Below the pieces are notes generated by a model. That model was not told where the DNA came from and searched no databases. It saw only the letters and a program-made list of their open reading frames with translations. The translations under genes and the position numbers were made by a program. 64,000 nucleotides of DNA from an uncultured Methanomicrobiaceae archaeon (lineage in GTDB: Archaea; Halobacteriota; Methanomicrobia; Methanomicrobiales; Methanoculleaceae). Within the stretch, counting starts at the first letter, position 1; each line of letters opens with the position of its first letter. Positions 58,455 through 64,000 of the stretch are shown piece after piece. The stretch lies in assembly GCA_963826525.1 (NCBI GenBank), contig CAWGXH010000004.1:416001-480000 (forward strand). Direction: 5' to 3'.

Positions 58455-58948
58455 GGGTAAGCGTTCAGGAAACGGGGGTATATGAATTGACGGCGGGCGC
58501 GGGTTGAAAGTGAACAGGGGGTGCCCCGGTGCGTTCGTAGAGTGCCGCGAAGACTGGTCGGGAGGGCTGCCTGAGGTCACCGGGAGGAGAAGCCCGGTTC
58601 GGATTGGAGTGGCCTCGTGCAACGCACCGGCCGAAACGAGCTCACTACGGGCCGGAGCGTGAACAGGTGCCTCTCGTCGGGCCGCCGCAGCGGGGCTCGG
58701 GGGAGGAGACCTTTCCGAAGGGATTTTCGAAACACCTGCAGGGTTACGTGCGGGGGAGGACAATCGACACAAAGGATTTATTCACTGTTTTGAGAACTTG
58801 TAACCATTGAACGCAAAGTAAGCCGGACAGACATAGCCACCTGATACAGCAACTCCCGGGTGCAATGTGGAGATTACAAAGACCCCCGGGATTCAGGAGC
58901 TTCAAAAAGCTCGATTCTTGAAAACCAATCATAGAAAAGGAGAATGAC

Positions 58949-59790
58949 ATGCAAATATCCAGCCTACCGGCGATAACAAAACCCCCTGCTCTCTATGAAA
59001 AAGGCACTGCAAGTATGTGGGAGGACGATCACATATCCGGGCATCTCCTGACAATGCATCTCAATCCGGAGATTGATGCGGCAAGCAGAAAAAGACCTGC
59101 AATCCAGCAAACCGTACAATGGATCGAATCGCACCTGCACGGAGGACAAAAAAGCATTCTTGACCTCGGGTGCGGTCCGGGCCTGGACCGCGAAATGCTG
59201 GCCAAAGCCGGCCACCTGGTAGCCGGAGTGGACTATTCAGAGCGATCCATCGCCTATGCGAAGCAGGAGGCAGCCCGGAACGATCTAACCATAGAGTATC
59301 TCCACCAGAATTATCTCCACCTCGCCTTCGAAGACCGGTTCGATCTCGTCATGATGGTCTACTGCGACTTTGACGTGCTGATTCCTGAAGACCGAAACCG
59401 GCTCTTACAAAATATCTATCGTGCTCTCAAGCCGGGAGGGCTGTTTATCTTCGATACCCTCAACATGAAAGCACCGGATACGATGAAGGTTCCCGGCAGA
59501 ACCTGGGAGGCCGCTGAAAGTGGATTCTGGAAGAACGAGCCGTATCTGACCCTCTCCGAGACATTTCATTACGGCGAGGCGAATGTCATTCTTCAGCAGC
59601 ATGTCGTCTGCTCGAAAGCAGACCGGGCGCCGTTTACCGGTTCTGGACTCATTACTATCACCCGGAAAACCTTACGCCGATCCTGAAAGAGCAGGGCTTT
59701 TCAGAGGTAGATTACTACGAGAATCTGTTGCCGGACAATGGAGACGGAACGAGCGAGATGATCACGTTCGTTGTAGCACGAAGAGCGTAA
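58949..59790 (+). CDS. Class I SAM-dependent methyltransferase, frameshifted near 59630
   Basis: MWEDDHIS..LL..HL.P, ILDLGCGPGL, ALKPGGLFIFD. Confidence 0.85.
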
Positions 59791-59896
59791 TATCCGGGAT
59801 CGAAACAGCCCCTCTTTTTTCAGGCTGCTGCAGAACGACGGCACTCTGCCGACCCTGTGGGTTCCGGGATGAACGCAGGGCGGCATACCGCACGAA

Positions 59897-60709
59897 CTAG
59901 CCGAGCGCGACATCCAATACCATCATGGTCACAAAACCGAGGATCAGGCTCATCATGGCGAGATCCGTATGCCCGTGCCCCTGCGACTCTGGGATCACCG
60001 CTTCCCCGACGACGAAGATCATCGCACCGGCAGCAAAGGCGAGGGCATACGGGAGCAACGGCTGGACGAAAAATACCAGGGCTGCCCCGAAAACGGCAGC
60101 AATGGGTTCTACAACCGCAGAGAGCTGGCCATACCAGAAACTCCTGATCCGGGAATACCCTTCCCCGGCGAGCGGGGCGGATACGGCAAAACCTTCAGGG
60201 AAGTTCTGCAGGCCGATGCCGACGGTAAGAGCAATCGCCGCTCCCAGAGGTTCTTGTGAGAGGCTCGTCGCGACGGCACCAAACGCCACCCCGACCGCAA
60301 GCCCTTCCGGGATATTGTGCATCGTGATGGCGACCACCAGGAGCGTCGTCCTGTGGAGGGATGAACTCGGCCCTTCCGCCTCCGGGAGGGGATAGCCCGG
60401 GTGGAGGTGCGGGAGCAGGGGATCGAGTCCTCTCAGGAACACGCCGCCGGCGATGAACCCGACGGCCGCCGGAATGCAGGCCCCAAGGCCGGTCGATCCG
60501 GAGAGCTCGATCGCGGGGAGCAGGAGCGACCAGAAACTGGCGGCAATCATAACGCCGGCTGCGAATCCCAGCATGCCGTCCAATCTCCGGCGGTTCATCT
60601 CCCGCGAGAAGAAAACGCCCCCGGCGCCGAGAGCGGTCAGTCCCCAGGTGAAAATCCCGGCAAGAAGCGCCTGCAGAATCGGATTCAACCCGGCAAACTG
60701 GGTGAACAT
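59897..60709 (-). CDS. ZIP family (GufA-like) metal transporter
   Basis: GFAAGVMIAASFWSLL, HNIPEGLAVG, QNFPEG, AFAAGAMIFVV. Confidence 0.92.
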   Translation of the reverse strand: MFTQFAGLNPILQALLAGIFTWGLTALGAGGVFFSREMNRRRLDGMLGFAAGVMIAASFWSLLLPAIELSGSTGLGACIPAAVGFIAGGVFLRGLDPLLPHLHPGYPLPEAEGPSSSLHRTTLLVVAITMHNIPEGLAVGVAFGAVATSLSQEPLGAAIALTVGIGLQNFPEGFAVSAPLAGEGYSRIRSFWYGQLSAVVEPIAAVFGAALVFFVQPLLPYALAFAAGAMIFVVGEAVIPESQGHGHTDLAMMSLILGFVTMMVLDVALG

Positions 60710-60838
60710 CGTGTTGTTACTCCGGGGCGGTGTACGCCCCTTCGGTTCGGTCTGATGGATGAACCGGGGATTCGGCACCCGGACGATCGACAGCGCTTCA
60801 TCGCACCCGGAAAAGAAGGGGGAGCGCCCACCCTCCTC

Positions 60839-61390
60839 CTAGCGAAGGAACTTCGAGACAAAAGGCGACGTATCTCCTCTCCGGAGGAAATGACCTGAAG
60901 GCCCTTCTCCGAGAAACTCGGAGAACCATGACTCGTGCTCGATCTCCTCGTTGAGGATCGAGAGCGAAAGGTCGTAGGTGCGGTGATCCTTGCCGGCGGT
61001 CAGGTTGCAGATCGCCGTATACCCTCGTACGGCACACCGCTCCGCGTTCACCAGCACCGTGAGCATCGCGGTAATATCCCTCGGATCCTCAGGTAACCGT
61101 GCAGGCTTGCAGGCGGATATGTTGTGGAAATCCACCATATTCTCGGGAAGTTTTCCGCCCAGTTCATAAATGCGGGGAAGAAGCGCCTCGAAATGATTGC
61201 GGTCCTCGACGCGTGCCGTCTCGGCGATCTCTTTTATTCCCTCTCCCTCAAGCCCGATCAGGTTGAAACGGAGAATAGTATAGTAGTAATACGTGGTCAG
61301 TTCGGCCGCTGCATTTTTTACGAGCAGTTCGAGGAGTTTCTCGACGTCGACTCCTGTTTTCTCCACCATTTCACGTGTAACTTTCGCCAT
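60839..61390 (-). CDS. dps: DNA protection during starvation (Dps-like) ferritin-superfamily protein
   Basis: AELTTYYYY, EDRNHFEAL.PRIYELGG, AERCAVRGY, EEIEHESWF. Confidence 0.9.
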   Translation of the reverse strand: MAKVTREMVEKTGVDVEKLLELLVKNAAAELTTYYYYTILRFNLIGLEGEGIKEIAETARVEDRNHFEALLPRIYELGGKLPENMVDFHNISACKPARLPEDPRDITAMLTVLVNAERCAVRGYTAICNLTAGKDHRTYDLSLSILNEEIEHESWFSEFLGEGPSGHFLRRGDTSPFVSKFLR

Positions 61391-62060
61391 TTTTCCACCT
61401 CGGTAGGGTTACGACCAGATCAGGCCATCCATCCTTCTTCCGATATATAACTCTTGGGATGAGACGACCGGAATAGTGGACAGTTGGCGTGCCGGGTCTT
61501 CATGGCGGCATGACATTGGCGGGAGCAGCAGTTTTGTCCCGGCGATGCTCCCGGGTTCGTAGTTCACTACAAAATGAACGTAGCCAGTGCAGAGCGGTTT
61601 GCATGGTGAAGAGCCCGATGCTCCTCCATGCATTCGCATATTCGCCAGGAGACGGAATAGCATGGTGCCGTTTTCGGTTGCGGTGAAATGGGATCGAGCC
61701 TCCGTCAGGTCGTGAAAGAAGCCTCTGCGCTGTACGGCATCCCGGAAGAGTATGTGGTCGTGGCGCAGGGCGTCTTTCTACCTCAGGGGTAAGCGTCCGG
61801 GGAACAGGGGCATATGCATTGGCGGCGAGGGGGGTGGAAGTGAATGTTACGATCAACGATCCGCACCGAAGGAAGATTTTTGCGAAGGTAGACCGGCAGG
61901 TGACGACCGAAGACGCCGGGATGAGACCCACACGCCTCTAGCCGACACGGGAAGGCCGACATGGTGCCCATGACCTCCGTACGGCGATCCAATACACCAT
62001 ACGAGCGAAAAGGTTAAATAATCCCTCGAGATCCATTCCTGCATCGAACGAGGTGAGTTC

Positions 62061-62927
62061 ACGCAGGATCTGAACGATCAACGGGATGCCTGGGACCAGT
62101 TGAATGCACGACACATCCGTCACCCGCTCAGGGCGGTGGTTTGTGTTGATGACCTGGATAACGCCTATATCGACAGCAGCCAGAAACGCCTCGTTTCAGG
62201 AGCGGTCAGGCTGGAACCGCACTATACGGTACTCGATTACGGGTGCGGCGTCGGCCGGTGGACGCTCTGGTTCGCCCGGCAGGTGCAGCACGTTGTCGGG
62301 GTGGACATCTCGCCGAAGATGGTGGAGGCGGCACGGCAGGCGGCGGATCGGGCAGGTATCCGTAATGCCGAACACTACGCCATCGACGGCATACCGCTTC
62401 CCTTCGAGGATGGTGCGTTCGACCTTGTCAATGCCGTCTGGGTGCTGCGGTATATCACCGACGACGGCGAACTCGCACGCACCGTTCACGAGCTCTGCCG
62501 GGTTGTCCGGCCGGGCGGGCATATTACGTTCATCGAGAAGATCGCGCGGGAGCAGCCGGAGTTCAGGGAACATGAGGGTGAATTCAGCGGAGCGACCGTA
62601 TACCGGAGATGGGAGGAGTACCGATCGCTCTTTGAGGAGTGCGGTATGACGACAAAGGGGAGTGCGATCTCGAGTTCGTCACCCCTCTACTGGCCGTATG
62701 TCATGGCCCGCAACACCGCGAGGCGCTGGAGGCTGCCGGATCCGCTATCACGAGTAGCCCCATTGATCATGTCTGCGAGCCTTGCCGGGGAGGGTTTGAC
62801 CGTACGACTGATGCAGTTCCTGGTCGACCGTCACCTCATCTATTGCCAGCATCGTTTCTTCTGCTTCCAGAAACCGGAGGAGAGCGATCCGTCCCCGGAT
62901 GCCGGCTACCCTCGCTCGACAGGATGA
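62061..62927 (+). CDS. Class I SAM-dependent methyltransferase (start codon uncertain, ACG at 62061)
   Basis: VLDYGCGVGRW, GVDISPKM, LPFEDGAFD, RVVRPGG. TTAAATAA and GAGGTGA RBS precede 62061. Confidence 0.8.
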   Translation, partial: TQDLNDQRDAWDQLNARHIRHPLRAVVCVDDLDNAYIDSSQKRLVSGAVRLEPHYTVLDYGCGVGRWTLWFARQVQHVVGVDISPKMVEAARQAADRAGIRNAEHYAIDGIPLPFEDGAFDLVNAVWVLRYITDDGELARTVHELCRVVRPGGHITFIEKIAREQPEFREHEGEFSGATVYRRWEEYRSLFEECGMTTKGSAISSSSPLYWPYVMARNTARRWRLPDPLSRVAPLIMSASLAGEGLTVRLMQFLVDRHLIYCQHRFFCFQKPEESDPSPDAGYPRSTG

Positions 62928-63045
62928 GGTCGCCCCCACGTCACCGGCTCGACCGGTGCGGGGATTATTTCAGCAGGGGGTATCCGTTGCCGCGGGACGT
63001 GGGGCGGTCGGAGCGGTTGCTTTAAAAAAAAAGGAAGGGGGTATT

Positions 63046-63494
63046 TCAACTCCGTTTCAGAGCGTTGATGGCGATGTTGAAGGGATCGTTTCCATCCGCG
63101 TAGATGAGTTCGATCTCGTCGGGAGCGATAATGGAACCGGTAGAATACCCTCCGCCGTCCTCGATCAACGTAATTGTCTTCCCGTCAAGGCCGATTATCC
63201 CGGCATAGGGGGCGTTCTCCCAGACCGGGGAACCGGTTTCGTTCGTGAAGCTGAACTCTCCCGAAAAGACCGGTCTTCCTGTTCGGTGACGCTCATGGTG
63301 ATGGTGTACCCGGAGAAGTTGGTGTATCCGATCCCATACTCGTAGCCCACCATGGTGCCGGTCCAGTTCCCGATAAGGCTCGGAGTTTCGACAGCGGCAG
63401 CAACGGTGTTCTGCTGAGAGGTGGTGGTCGTACAGCCGCAGATCAGTACGGCGATGAGGAGGATACTTGCACATAGGACGGCTTTTCCGTTCAT
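63046..63494 (-). CDS. Hypothetical lipoprotein, frameshifted near 63278
   Basis: Lipobox ICGC, LIGNWTG; C-terminus in ORF 63046..63648; minus-strand T-tract at ~63024-63032. Confidence 0.65.
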
Positions 63495-63864
63495 ACTGTC
63501 TGGGTGAAGCCCGATACGAGATAAACCTGATCTTTTCGCGCGGCCATGCCGAAAAGGCGCGGATATAGGCCTGTTCTTCACCGGCACGGCAGGTGCTGCG
63601 GCGTCGCGAATTTTGAGACCGGAAGAGGCCGCGAGACCGTGCAATCACCCTTTCCGGCTTTCCGGCTCGACACGCTCTCCGGAGTCCCCGTAACGAAGAG
63701 CGGGATGCACGGGATCAGGTACCTGCCGCATCTTTGACCCGGGGCAGACTCATGGCCAATTTCTCCTGCCACGCTCATCATTGAGCTGAGCATGATGACG
63801 GCGCACCAGGGGGCCATGGCTACTGCTTTTCGCCCGCTATCGTGCAGAGAGGAAGGTTACGAGG

Positions 63865-64000
63865 ATGGATACACGACAGTTTTGCATGCAACCGGTAGGC
63901 GTCATCCGTACCGGCGGAGAATCGTGCTCGATCGAGATCGCCGAGCCGTTCCGGCCGGCCCTCGACGGATTCAGCCATATACTCGTGCTCTGGTGGGCCG
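63865..64000 (+). CDS. TrmO/YaeB-like SAM-dependent methyltransferase, N-terminus (runs off the window)
   Basis: MDTRQFCMQPVGVI...IEIAEPFRPALDGFSHILVLWW. Confidence 0.6.
   Translation, partial: MDTRQFCMQPVGVIRTGGESCSIEIAEPFRPALDGFSHILVLWWA

Overview
64 kb of a GC-rich methanogenic archaeon. The 16S/23S sequence and gene content point to Methanomicrobiales, most likely Methanoculleus. In order: (1) 0.2-14.4 kb, a surface-glycan modification cluster with WecB, WecC, GT2, GT4, an alpha-toroid protein, a bi-domain oxidoreductase, a CapK-like ligase, two FemAB-like GNATs and a divergent RaSEA-type radical SAM enzyme. (2) 15-24 kb, housekeeping and envelope genes (truA, PHP, DHPS-like, PQQ-type dehydrogenase, cupredoxin-fasciclin, JAB, ribL, RNase III domain). 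(3) 25-36 kb, accessory genes including a 2x CxxCG peptide, a SagB/nitroreductase-like protein, tandem M28 peptidases and a TIGR04083-type radical SAM/SPASM enzyme. (4) 36.3-41.2 kb, a complete minus-strand rRNA operon, 16S-tRNA(Ala)-23S-tRNA(Cys)-5S. (5) 42-53 kb, small accessory genes and a degraded S-layer-like gene bracketed by two near-identical palindromic sites. (6) 53.6-58.5 kb, an Orc1/Cdc6 plus primase-helicase replication module with no visible integrase. (7) ZIP transporter, Dps-like protein and methyltransferases. More than 20 genes are frameshifted. Many +1 shifts contain both alleles of a codon third position (e.g. GAT+C, CTC+G, ACC+T), which suggests a mixed-strain consensus artefact rather than true pseudogenes. 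All family assignments come from motif recognition by eye; no database search was run.
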